Below, one piece after another: positions 1 through 11,418 of a stretch of 27,772 bases of DNA. The notes beneath the pieces were generated by a model. That model was not told the origin of the DNA. It did no database searches and was given only the letters and a program-made list of their open reading frames with translations. A program made the translations under genes and the position numbers. The number at the start of each line of letters is the position of its first letter. The first letter of the stretch is position 1. The stretch spans positions 2,975 through 30,746 of the forward strand of contig JAAOMT010000398.1 of assembly GCA_016748015.1 (NCBI GenBank). Reading direction: 5' to 3'. Origin of the DNA: Geosiphon pyriformis uo1 (taxonomy: Eukaryota; Fungi; Glomeromycota).

Positions 1-169
1 GATAGGCTAGGTAGCATGATGAATGGATGCTGATTATAATGTGTATTTGGTGCTTTGTGTTGATATGCTTTAAAAGAATTGATTGATTGATTGATTGTGA
101 TTGGTGGTATAAAAATCAAATATGATAGAGGTGCGCGTGTAAATCACACCCGTTAAGACTAAAAAAAAT

Positions 170-303
170 GTTATTGATGACTGATGTTGATGAATGATGT
201 TGATATGATGTTTATAGTGATAATGATGATTATAATAATGATGATGATGATGGATGATGATGATGATGGATGATGGATGATGGATGATGATGATGGTGGT
301 GGT
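170..303. repeat. Degenerate (GAT/AAT/GGT)n trinucleotide repeat
   Basis: Read directly: gatgttgatgaatgatgttgat...gatgatgatggatgatggatgatg...ggtggtggt. Confidence 0.85.
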
Positions 304-628
304 AAATTGAATAAACGCCAAAATAATTGGGAAAAAAATGCGAATATTTGTTTAATGATAAAGCAAAGGTGGAGGAGAATAAAATTTAATAAGGAATTAA
401 AAGGAGCCGATTTCGTTATCATTAAAAATAATAGAAAATTTGTTTGCGCTTGATGTTGTAAGAAAGCAAACAAACAAACAAACAAGAACGAGTTAAAAAG
501 AATTTGCTACCGAATGATCATGAAAATTATGAACAGAATAGAATAGAAACAAAACAAGCCACAACACACAATAAGATCATAAAAGTTTTTAGCAAAAAAT
601 GAATAGTCGTTGCGTGTTTGTGGGTGTG

Positions 629-781
<153 letters not shown>

Positions 782-1232
782 GCTTGTTGAATGGGATATC
801 AGAACAAGTAATTTTTGAAAATGAAATGGGAGATGAAAAAAACTATAAACAAGAGAAAAAGAAAAAAGAAAAAAAACAACCTATTTACTGGAAAGGAGGA
901 TCGAAAAATGGAAATTGATATTGGGAGTTGTTGTTATCGTTGTTGATGTCAAAAATTATTCGGTTAAAACAGATTCTCAGCTATTGTTTGTGACATACAT
1001 ACATAAAAAAGTTCTAAACCAAAAAAGATATATCATTTCATAGACGCAAATACCACCGCCACCAAATTTGTTACAGAAAAAAAAATATATTAAAAAAAAA
1101 AGGGAAAATTATTACAAAGAAATTCCCACCAATTGTCCAAGAGAAAGCAAAACAAAGAAGAAAAAAAATAAAGGCAAAAAATAAAATTATTCTCGTATCA
1201 TCGATCAACAAAATCAAAGTCGAGTTTCACAT

Positions 1233-2525
1233 TCAATTTCCTATCGAGGAATGGATGTTGGCATTCTGATGATAAATTTGTAAGTACGGAGTGAAATTGC
1301 CAATTATCCTCGATGAATGCTTGTCTTTACCGTTTGGTCGATGAACGCGAAGATGCTGACTCAAGTTATCGGACCGTGAGAAACGCTTTGTGCAATGAGG
1401 ATAGTTACATTGGAATGCTATTGAATGATGAGGAGTGATTATGATGATATTTTAAGTTAGTTTCAGGACATATTTGGATATATATTGAAAGATAAAAATC
1501 AATGATTAGAGGATTATTAAAAACTTACGTCGTTCAAGAGTATGTATTGAGCGAATATGACGTTTCAAATGTTCTGATCGCTTAAATACTCTACCACAAC
1601 CAGTATAAGTGCATTCGAAGCATTTCGTCCCTGGTTTAGTTGGTTTGTTGGACATACGACGTCCTCTTGATTTACCTGGGGGTTTTACGATTGTTACTGG
1701 TGGTGAGGGTAGAGATGAAACCATTGTTTGAAAGTCCTGTTCTTGCATCAAGATCGATGACTGGTGAATGGACAAATCGGAAAATTCTTGTTCCTCATGA
1801 CCAAGATTTTGTAGATTATAAGGATCATGAACTTGATGATGCAATTGATCATGATGATGTGGAGGTGGGGTTAGTGGTAGACCGGAAGATGACATGATCG
1901 GTGATTGATCAAGAGGTGAAGAAATCGGTGTAAGCGAACCGGCAGATAAAGTAGCAGGGTTACAGATAGCTGTAAGTTCAGGGCAATAACTGCTATCCAC
2001 TGATAAGCTTCTTGTCATACTATTATAAACGGATCCAGGATATTCTTCAATTTTTATTACCTTTGAATCATCATAATTAGTATAAAGATTGTAATCACTA
2101 GCTGGTGATGAACAAGTTGTAGCTGTTTCTGCCACATGATGTGATGTATGATAATGAAGTTGTTCATGATGTTGTTGATGTCCAACTAGATGATGAGCTT
2201 GTAATTGTTGCTGTTGGTGGTGTTGATGATGATGATGATGATGATGATGTTGATGATGTTGTTGTTGTTGCTGTTGTTGTTGTTGTGAGGCATAGTCATA
2301 AGCTTCATTAATGTATTGTTCGCTTTGATCAGTGAGAAATTCGGTGAAGGTGAGACGGTTATGACCGTTCATTAGATCAGAGGTTAAGTCCGTTTCTTTT
2401 TGATGCATGAAAGGTTGTGTAATATGAACGATTGGAAAATTCGTTGTATGTGATAGGTCATTTTGATAAAGAACCTCTGTTGCGTTATTTAAATCATTAA
2501 CATCGGAATAACGTGAGTAAGACAT
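1233..2525 (-). CDS. MSN2: Msn2/Msn4-like (Seb1/MsnA family) two-finger C2H2 stress-response transcription factor, 393 aa. Exons 2525-1529 and 1417-1233; intron 1528-1418.
   Basis: Exon 1 encodes finger 1 CTYTGCGRVFKRSEHLKRHIRSIH. A GTAAGT donor at 1528 and TAG acceptor at 1418 join in frame (phase 1) to give the linker TLERPF and finger 2 CNYPHCTKRFSRSDNLSQHLRVH, with TGA at 1235-1233. The helices RSEHLKRH and RSDNLSQH are the Msn2/Msn4 signature. Spliced length is 1182 nt. Exact orthology is not established. Confidence 0.9.
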
Positions 2526-2863
2526 TATAATAAGAAGTTTTTTTTTATCGTTTCCAGTTGTAATTAGTTCGTTTTAATGTTACTTATTCGAAAGTTGTGG
2601 GCGAAATTTCAAGAAAGCCCAGTTTGATTACAAGTCAAAACAAGAATAGCTCCGTTTGTTAAAGGAGAAGAGAGAGAAAAATTTCCGATTTCGTATATTA
2701 TTTGACTCGAAGGAAAAAGTAGCTCTGGAGTGTAAAACTGTTTTTAGTTATTTTATCGCCCTGACTATAGATAGTCAATATTTCGCAAAATTGTGAGAAA
2801 CAGAGAGGTAGCGAAGAAAAATTTTTTTATTCGCAAAAAAAAAAAAACGTTGAAGTCAACCGC

Positions 2864-2911
2864 GTTGTTGTTGTTGTTGTTGTTATTGTTGTTGTTGTTG
2901 TTGCTGTTGTT

Positions 2912-2945
<34 letters not shown>

Positions 2946-2968
2946 GTAGTAGTAGTAGTAGTAGTAAT
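2864..2968. repeat. Compound trinucleotide microsatellite (GTT)n-(ATT)n-(AGT)n upstream of the Msn2-like ATG
   Basis: Read directly; 3-nt register preserved throughout. Confidence 0.95.
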
Positions 2969-3694
2969 AGTATAATTATTAGTATTTTTGTTGTCGTTGT
3001 CGTGTGGTTGTTCGTAAGGCAACTATTTAAGTACAGATATTGATTGTTGATGGTGATGATGACGTGATCATGAAAAAAAATTAATCAAATTGTCTTTTGA
3101 ATTCAAAAAAAAAAAGGTCCCAACAGTGATTATTGTTGAAAATTGTTGTTGTCTTGACAAATAATCTCAGAATATATATATTAAATCATATACAAGAAAA
3201 AGAAAAGAAAGACAATCAAAGAACAGAGTAGATTGCTTCTTTTTTGTTTGTTATTAAACAACAGCAAAAAAAAGGTGTAAAGATTTTTTTGAAGATTTTT
3301 TTTTTGAGGTATATATAGTAAAAATTTTTGAACCAAAGGGGATCAAACCAGAGGAAAGGAAGATAAAAAAACCTTTTTTGAACAGAATTTTTTTGACCTT
3401 TAAAAATGATGCTTCATCCTCATCACCTTTTATGTCCATTTAATTTTCTATACGTTACCTTTTGAATACTAATAAACATTTATTATTATTTAGATTACCG
3501 TTTGTTTCATTTGAATTAAAAAAAAAATTCTTGTGTTTCAAATTTTAAAATAAATAAATAAATAGAGAAAGAGATTTTATAGGTTGAGTTTTACGTGTTT
3601 GTCTGTTTATAAATGGAAGCGGCATACACTGAGCTTGCCATACTTTATCAATTCAACCAATTATTTAATTTTTGTTGAATTACTTAAAAAATTA

Positions 3695-3866
3695 TTATAC
3701 ATATACATATACATATACATTTATTATATACACATTGTAAATTGTATATTGTATAAATATATATATATATATATGTATATTTATATGTATATGTATATGT
3801 ACAATATATTTTCTTTTTTAGAATAGGATCAATGATAGTATATATATATATATATATATATATATA
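3695..3866. repeat. (TA)n / (CATATA)n / (TATATG)n low-complexity repeats
   Basis: Read directly. Confidence 0.9.
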
Positions 3867-4062
3867 CAAATATTAAAATGATATGTGATATATTTATTTA
3901 TTTATTTATTTTGTTAAAGTAATTTTTTTTTTTTTACTTTACACAAAAAATCGTGGACCGCACGTATCGTAATCCACTATGTGATTTATTGTTCATCGCA
4001 TAGAGGTGATCATTTAGCACCATGGAATTACTGAAAAAAAAAAAAAAGTGATTTTTTTTTTT

Positions 4063-4622
4063 NNNNNNNNNNNNNNNNNNNNNNNNNNNNNNNNNNNNNN
4101 NNNNNNNNNNNNNNNNNNNNNNNNNNNNNNNNNNNNNNNNNNNNNNNNNNNNNNNNNNNNNNNNNNNNNNNNNNNNNNNNNNNNNNNNNNNNNNNNNNNN
4201 NNNNNNNNNNNNNNNNNNNNNNNNNNNNNNNNNNNNNNNNNNNNNNNNNNNNNNNNNNNNNNNNNNNNNNNNNNNNNNNNNNNNNNNNNNNNNNNNNNNN
4301 NNNNNNNNNNNNNNNNNNNNNNNNNNNNNNNNNNNNNNNNNNNNNNNNNNNNNNNNNNNNNNNNNNNNNNNNNNNNNNNNNNNNNNNNNNNNNNNNNNNN
4401 NNNNNNNNNNNNNNNNNNNNNNNNNNNNNNNNNNNNNNNNNNNNNNNNNNNNNNNNNNNNNNNNNNNNNNNNNNNNNNNNNNNNNNNNNNNNNNNNNNNN
4501 NNNNNNNNNNNNNNNNNNNNNNNNNNNNNNNNNNNNNNNNNNNNNNNNNNNNNNNNNNNNNNNNNNNNNNNNNNNNNNNNNNNNNNNNNNNNNNNNNNNN
4601 NNNNNNNNNNNNNNNNNNNNNN
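4063..4622. other. Assembly gap (560 N)
   Basis: Run of n characters flanked on both sides by poly-T tracts. Confidence 1.
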
Positions 4623-5414
4623 TTTTTTTTTTTTTTTTTTTTTTTGCGTTAGATTTGGTTGGAAATTAAAGAAATTATTGGCAAATGACCCATTAAAAAT
4701 TTTTGATTATAAAATGAATACTTTTGAAAACCCTATGTTTATTCTTTTTTCGTTTTCATTCAAATGATAAATTTTGGAGATGAAAAAAAGGCCAAAGAAA
4801 ATTGTTTATTTAGGGAAAACTATATATAAAAGAAATCTAATGGTTCGATTCATTGGTCATCTATGATATTTTACAAAGGAATAACAAGTATAAAGTTTTT
4901 GAATTTTTTGAGATGTAATTGTGAAGTTTTTTTTTGTTTTTTTTTTTATATTACCAAAAAAAAAAAATATAAACTATGGGATTTCAAAGAAATTTCTTAT
5001 CCAGTTAAAATTGAAATTGAAATTTTTTTGATTAAATAAAAGATGTAAATTTTTAATTGATTTTTATTTTTTAAATAAAATAAAATTTAAATTTCTAATT
5101 TTGATTGAAATTAATAAATACATTAAATACTAGGGTTCCCATATAGTTTTATTTCAAATTATTTTAGGAATATTTAAAGTTAAAAAATATGGTTTTATTG
5201 AATTTCGATAAAAACCTAGCTGGGCATAAATTATGATTTTAATGTGAGAGGGAGGTAGGTAGGTAGGATGAAAAAAAATTTTTTTTTTTTTACAAAGAAA
5301 AAACAATTTGTTCGTCAAAAATGTAATTGAAAAAAAAAAATTAATTTTGACCCAGAATTCATTCATTCATTTAAATTATTATTTTAATAATATTTCTTGT
5401 TGAAATTTCATTTC

Positions 5415-5525
5415 ATTTTATTTATTTTATTTTATTTTATTTTATTTTATTTTATTTTATTTTATTTCAATTTTTTAACTTTATTCAATTAGAAATAATT
5501 ATTTATATTTTTTAAATTTAATAAA

Positions 5526-5566
<41 letters not shown>
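5415..5566. repeat. (ATTTT)n tract followed by an (ATT)n tract
   Basis: Read directly. Confidence 0.9.
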
Positions 5567-5568
<2 letters not shown>

Positions 5569-6217
5569 AATTTAAAAAGATTAATTACATAATCTAAAAA
5601 TTTTGATCATTTTTTTTTTAATCAAAATCCACACTCTAATATTTGAAAAAAGAATTCATATGTAAAAAATATTTCTTTTCAATCTACACTCACTCACTCA
5701 ATCAATCAATAAAAATACTCGGGATCAATATTTTTAAGGATGTAATAGTCTCCGACCCATGACTATTCATTCAAAGCAAAAAGAATATTTTTAAGACTTC
5801 AAGTTTTAGTTATATTACAATGGCAAAAAATAAAAAAAAAGTAAAAACCAGATAATAATTAGATTGAAAGATGAATAATGAAGATCCAATTAAAAAAGAT
5901 TTCTAGTAAAATAAGTAATCGTGCATAAATCCCTCGATTCTGCTAATGATGATATCACTTGGCGTCTCCAAAGAGGAAAATAATTTAAAAGTGAAATTAG
6001 CGTAGTCTGTTTTTTGTTTTTTTTTGGGACCAAAAAATTTTAGGATTGGGGATTCCTCATTGTTGAGGAATTGATGACTCATTTTAAGAAATGTATATTG
6101 ATTCTTTCATCATGGAGTAAATTTTTAAGTGACAGTGGGTGGGATAGACGTTCACCGGATCGATATTTTTTTCAAACTTTTTTCCCACGCTCTAAATTTG
6201 ATCATTATTTCCACTTA

Positions 6218-6253
<36 letters not shown>
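6218..6253. repeat. (GAT)12 microsatellite
   Basis: Read directly. Confidence 0.95.
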
Positions 6254-6254
<1 letters not shown>

Positions 6255-6397
6255 ATCAAATAGTTAAACTCTAAAAAAGAAAAAAACGAATAATAAAAAC
6301 AACTTTCTTCCAATTTTATTCATCAAACTTCTAAATTTTCAACATATTTCATGCAACTTGCCCTTAAAAATTTCAAAAAAAGAAAAAAACACACACA

Positions 6398-6403
6398 CTC
6401 TCT

Positions 6404-6440
<37 letters not shown>

Positions 6441-6452
6441 CTCTCTCTCTCT
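6398..6452. repeat. Polypyrimidine (CT)n/(CTTT)n tract
   Basis: Read directly. Confidence 0.95.
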
Positions 6453-6686
6453 AAAACAAACAATGGTCAGATCTAAACATTTTTTTAATAAGGATATGTG
6501 TTTTTAGATGAAAAAATAATAATAATTCATCAACTTTTTTTTTCTCTTTGGTCATCATTTTTTCTGTGCTTAATTTACGATTAAAAATTATAAAAATTAA
6601 ATAAAAAAATTTGTAAACTTTATTTGTTCATAAATCTTCATATGTTAATTCTTGGTGGCTTTGAAATTTTTAGCTATCAATTTTAG

Positions 6687-6744
<58 letters not shown>

Positions 6745-6774
6745 TAATGAATGAATGAATGAATGAATGAATGA
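6687..6774. repeat. Poly(A) of 56 nt followed by (GAAT)n
   Basis: A run at 6687-6742, then aatgaatgaatg... to ~6774. Confidence 0.95.
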
Positions 6775-7190
6775 AAGCAAGCAACTAAAAAAGCAATTGT
6801 TTCATTCTACGAATCATATTCAAAAGATTGGGTATTTGAAAAAAAAACATCATCGTTTGTTGGTGCACTGGCGTCAACATTTTTACACCAGACAATATTC
6901 ACAGATTACAATACCATTTATTTTTGGTATCTTTTGATTGAATAATTGATGATTGATTGGTTGGTTTGTTGGTTGTTTGAAAATATTAAGAAAATGTGCA
7001 CACATCAAACCAATCAAATTGGTTCGATTGTCTATTAGCAATACACAAACATCCCAAGCATGAATTTTACTTATGGATGACAGAAAAACAACAAAAATTT
7101 CACTCAACATAGCCTGTTTCATGTAAAAAAATCAATATCGTATCGTTCTACACTATACATCATCACTATTGAATTTTAAAATTCGTTAAA

Positions 7191-7222
7191 TCAATTAGTC
7201 AATCAGTCAATCAATCAGTCAG

Positions 7223-7258
<36 letters not shown>

Positions 7259-7282
7259 GCAGGCAGGCGGACGGGCGGGCAG
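7191..7282. repeat. Graded tetranucleotide array TCAA/TCAG-(GCAA)8-(GCAG)3-GCGG, 23 units in one register
   Basis: Read directly unit by unit. Confidence 0.95.
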
Positions 7283-8835
7283 AAATCGAAAATAGCTTTT
7301 TTTTTTCTTTTGTGAGCTATGGTTATTATTTTAGAAACCAAATATTACATAATAATGAATGGGAAATTTGCAGTAAAAAATAAACTTATATAATGTATGC
7401 AATTTGATAACGAGTCAAATTTACCCACTGAAATTCATTGAAAAAGATATCAATGTTTCTTTCCTTTGATGCAACATTAATCTCGCGCATATTATATGCA
7501 TTCATTATTTCGATCGACGAGTGCGCGTTTTTCTTGTATGCAGTGTTTCTATAGAAATAGTCTATTATCATTTATGGTATTCCTGGAAAAGAAAAAAAGT
7601 TAAGCATTAAGTGAATCTCCTGTTTGAAAGCTTTTTCAGTGCTAACTGTTTCTCAATGAATTTTTTATTTGATTTAATGATTTAAAAATCTAATTTATTT
7701 TTAATGATTTTAAAATCTCATTTATTTTTAAATTTCACTGATTAATGAGGGCGGCATGTTAATAAATAAATAAATAAATAAATAAATAAATATATATATA
7801 TATATTTATTTTTATATAAAACTGTTAAGATTTTTTCCTTTGACTAATAAGTTTTGCCAAGTGAATTATTCTTTTATTGGTTAAAAAATTATGTGAACTT
7901 TTGAATTATAAATAAAACCTTTTAATTATTTTAGGATAACAAATTGCGTTCAAAATTAATTAATTAATTAATTAATTATTAATTATTAATTAATCCTTTT
8001 CCCTGGAATATCAAGAAATTTGAACCATTCAAGAATCAAAGATTTTTACTAATATATATAATATAATATAATGATAATTTTTCACTTTTTCAATTGCATT
8101 ATACTTTTTTTTCTGCAAAAATTTAGAAAGAAAACAAAAAAACAAAAACAAAAATTAATTTATAAAAATTGTTTCATTCGTAAATTTTGTATCAGCTCAA
8201 ATTAATTAATAAATAAATAACTAACTAACAGGGACATATTAATGTACATTTTCGTAGTTATCATAAAACTTTATCTCATATAGAAATTAGAGCTTTGATT
8301 TTTTTTTTTTTATAATCTGTAAAAGAACAAAAGATGATGCAAGAGACAAGTGTATTAAGATTGATTTACTATATTATTATTATTATTATTATTATTATGT
8401 TTGGTCGTAGTTGTGATTATTATTTATTGCTGAACTTTAAAAAAAAAAAAAAAAAACTTTCGCACGCACAATAGAAAATTTCCACGAATACGCATATCAA
8501 AAATCCCGCATTGCGAAGATACCTCTCCTATAAAAATACTTAAACTGGTTTTTTTAAATCAGACGCAAAGAAAATCGGTGATTGAGGTGATACAAACCAA
8601 TTGTTTGTGGAATTTAATACACTTTTTCACATTTGAAAGAAAAACTCATTGCAACCTATTTAAACAGATTACATGATACAAAAAGTGAAATGAGGGAAAT
8701 TACAAACTAAAAAATTGATTGAATAGAAATCGATTTCTTGTAAACAAATTTTTATTTTTATTTTTATTTATTTATTTATTTATTTTATTGAAAGCTTTTA
8801 AATTTTTTCCGCACGTTCTGATGTGAGAAATTTGG

Positions 8836-8866
<31 letters not shown>

Positions 8867-9117
8867 AATTTAAAATTCTTTGGCTAAAAAAAAGATCTTT
8901 TTCAAGTTAGTCTATTAAAATTTTAGAGTTCTAATTTTGAAAGATTAATATGCCAAGAAATTGTGATTGTAATAAAACACTAACCATTTTTTAAATATTG
9001 GTTAAAGAAAACAAGTCAAGTTAAATAATTTATTGGTTTTAGGGTTTTTAGGTTTTTTAGGTTATATTATTTTTTTTCCATAATTTTCGGTATTTCCCAT
9101 CAGTATAAGACTATTTT

Positions 9118-9118
<1 letters not shown>

Positions 9119-9173
<55 letters not shown>
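9119..9173. repeat. (ATT)n microsatellite; similar tracts at ~11100-11158, 15427-15470, 17875-17918 and 18498-18546
   Basis: Read directly. Confidence 0.95.
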
Positions 9174-9174
<1 letters not shown>

Positions 9175-11098
9175 TCTAAAATCGGATCTCCATTCGTAAC
9201 GATAACTTTTAATGATAAAAAAAAACTTAACCTGAAATATACCATGCAAATCTTTTTAGATTTCATAAATTTTCCCAATTTAAGTATAGTCAATACCGAG
9301 AAATTCAGGATTTCTACAACATTTAAAAATTGTTACCAATTTTCTATTGTATTATCAAAATTTTCACATCCTTTTTAAACTTTGATTGCAGATTTTTTTC
9401 GATTATTGGTGTTTTGATTTCTTTTACACGAAAGAATGGAAAAAAAATCAATGTAACCATCATGAATAGGAAGGATTTCGCGTGCCTAAAAATGATGCAG
9501 AATTGGGAATATCGATTCACGCGTTTACATAAATGACGAAATTATGACCGAATGATATTGATGAAAATGGTTAAGCTAGCATATTGATAATAATTATCAT
9601 TAAGATCAGTAATTCCGGTCTAATAACAAATCGGTGAGTTAAAAATCTGAGTTCATTGTCGGCATTAGGAATTAGCCGGTCGGAGTAAATTTTTAATTAT
9701 AAAGTTTAGCGTCTCTGGTAATTTATCGATTTTTGATAACCAAGTATAGACTCCATCTGGAGAATTTTAGGCAAAAAAAAAAAGAGTAGGTTCGAAACTA
9801 ATCATATCATATCATATCATATCATATCATATCACATCTTGAATATTTAATTTCTAATGATTTCATCAATTCTAAAATCGAAACATGTAACCGAAAAATC
9901 CGAATCTCGTGAATAATACCTGATTGAATTTTTCCTTGTGTTTTTTGTTTTTTTTTTTGACAATTTCGTCAGATTCAAGATTTTTTAATAAAGTAATAGA
10001 AATTTGATCAAAAAACAAAATATTTGACATAATTTATTAAAACATAATTTATAAAGTATAAATATATATATAAATATATATATTTAATTATAATGTTTTT
10101 TATAATAAAAAATAAGTTAAACATGAAAACAAATGGTTTTTTTTCCGTTTTTTTTTTAAAAAAAACTAATATTAAATTTACAAATTATATATACAAATTA
10201 TATACAAATTATCTTATATTATATTATATTATATTATAATAAACATTAGGATTTATATATTATATTTAATGTTTATATGATCACCAAATGTATATTTTTA
10301 ATTAAAAAATTTAATTATTAATAATCAAACAATATCCACATCATTATGATTGTTTTTATTCATAATTGAGGTATCTTCAAAACATTTGAAATGTCGAATA
10401 TTAGTTTTATACATATTACCTAGTTTGTAAAAAATGTGATTTAATATGGGTTAAAAAAATAAATAATATTAATATTAGTATTATTTATTTTTCATTTCAC
10501 CATTGGGAGTTTTAAATAATAACCCAACCCGATAGTTTTTTTTTTTTTTTTAAAAAAAATTATTTTTGTTATTGAGACCGAATATTATTCGATGAAATGA
10601 TTTGTCTTATGATCATTTGGTTTTATGAAAAGAAGAAAGTTCGGAATTTTAAACTTGAGCAATTTTTAATGTGAATGGTACATTTGCATTTGAGAGAAAG
10701 AAGGAAAACTCATTTTAAGAAAATGTGTGGTGTGTACACGTTGCATGGCGCATAAATCAAACAGTGATGAATTGGTGAACAATGGGATAAAAAATATTTT
10801 TGGGGAATTAAACAAAAAGAATTAAAATAATTGATTGATTGATTGATTGAATGCTTAACTGACTGACTGACAGAATGATTGACCGAATTAATTACTTGAC
10901 TAATGGAAGGATAAATGTATTGAAACTTTACAAGCATACTAGAAAAATTATCTTGAAAAAAAGGAAATTAAGAAAATAGATATTTTTAGAAAATTATAAT
11001 GGTGAACTAATATCATTAAAATTTTGAGATTAGATATATAGATAGATATATAGTGAATTTGTTTTTTCTTTATGAGATACATTTTTAATTTTAATTTT

Positions 11099-11158
<60 letters not shown>

Positions 11159-11396
11159 GGTATTATTAATATTTTCTAAATTAATTTTGTGTTTTTATCA
11201 ATTATTTTTATCATTCATGCATGTGGTTCCAAAAAAATAGGTATAAAACAGCGTTGGAAAGTGGTGAAAATAGTTTATCAAAAAAATAAAGCCTTTTTTT
11301 ATGACAGAGATCTAAAAAAAAAAAAAAAAAATTTTTTTTTTTGAAGAGTATGAACGGCTGCATTATCGGAAATTTGGAGCCAAATAGGAAATTTTT

Positions 11397-11418
11397 ATTC
11401 GGAGTTATAAATCCGAAT
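11397..11418. promoter_or_regulatory. Inverted CGG-N10-CCG site with palindromic arms (ATTCGGA...TCCGAAT), candidate Zn2Cys6 homodimer site
   Basis: 7-bp perfect inverted repeat with an 8-nt spacer, seen directly; binding-site role inferred. Confidence 0.35.

Noticed and set aside
1640-1897. Antisense or alternative-frame ORFs over genes (also 21370-21633, 22193-22549, 24313-24537, 24929-25123, 25335-25523, 25728-25997, 26806-26997)
   Set aside because: Shadows of real exons in other frames or on the other strand; no independent motifs.
3950-4035. Possible box C/D snoRNA (GTGAT...CTGA)
   Set aside because: No proper RTGATGA box C or terminal stem, and the segment abuts the gap.
4048-4767. 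239-aa ORF
   Set aside because: Artefact of reading through the N gap.
4842-4851. GGTTCGA T-loop/B-box-like motifs (also ~7021 and ~9789)
   Set aside because: No T-stem pairing, cloverleaf or A-box; not tRNA or SINE.
6052-6071. Short inverted repeats (ATTCCTCA/TGAGGAAT; also a 12-bp AT-rich pair at ~17772 and ~17848) as MITE ends or terminators
   Set aside because: Too short or too AT-rich, with no target-site duplication or second copy.
7674-7730. 27-nt imperfect tandem duplication
   Set aside because: Two copies with no spacer; a local duplication, not a CRISPR or satellite array.
9037-9061. TTTTAGGG-TTTTTAGG-TTTTTTAGG, telomere-like
   Set aside because: Only one true TTAGGG with irregular spacing; expected by chance in T-rich DNA.
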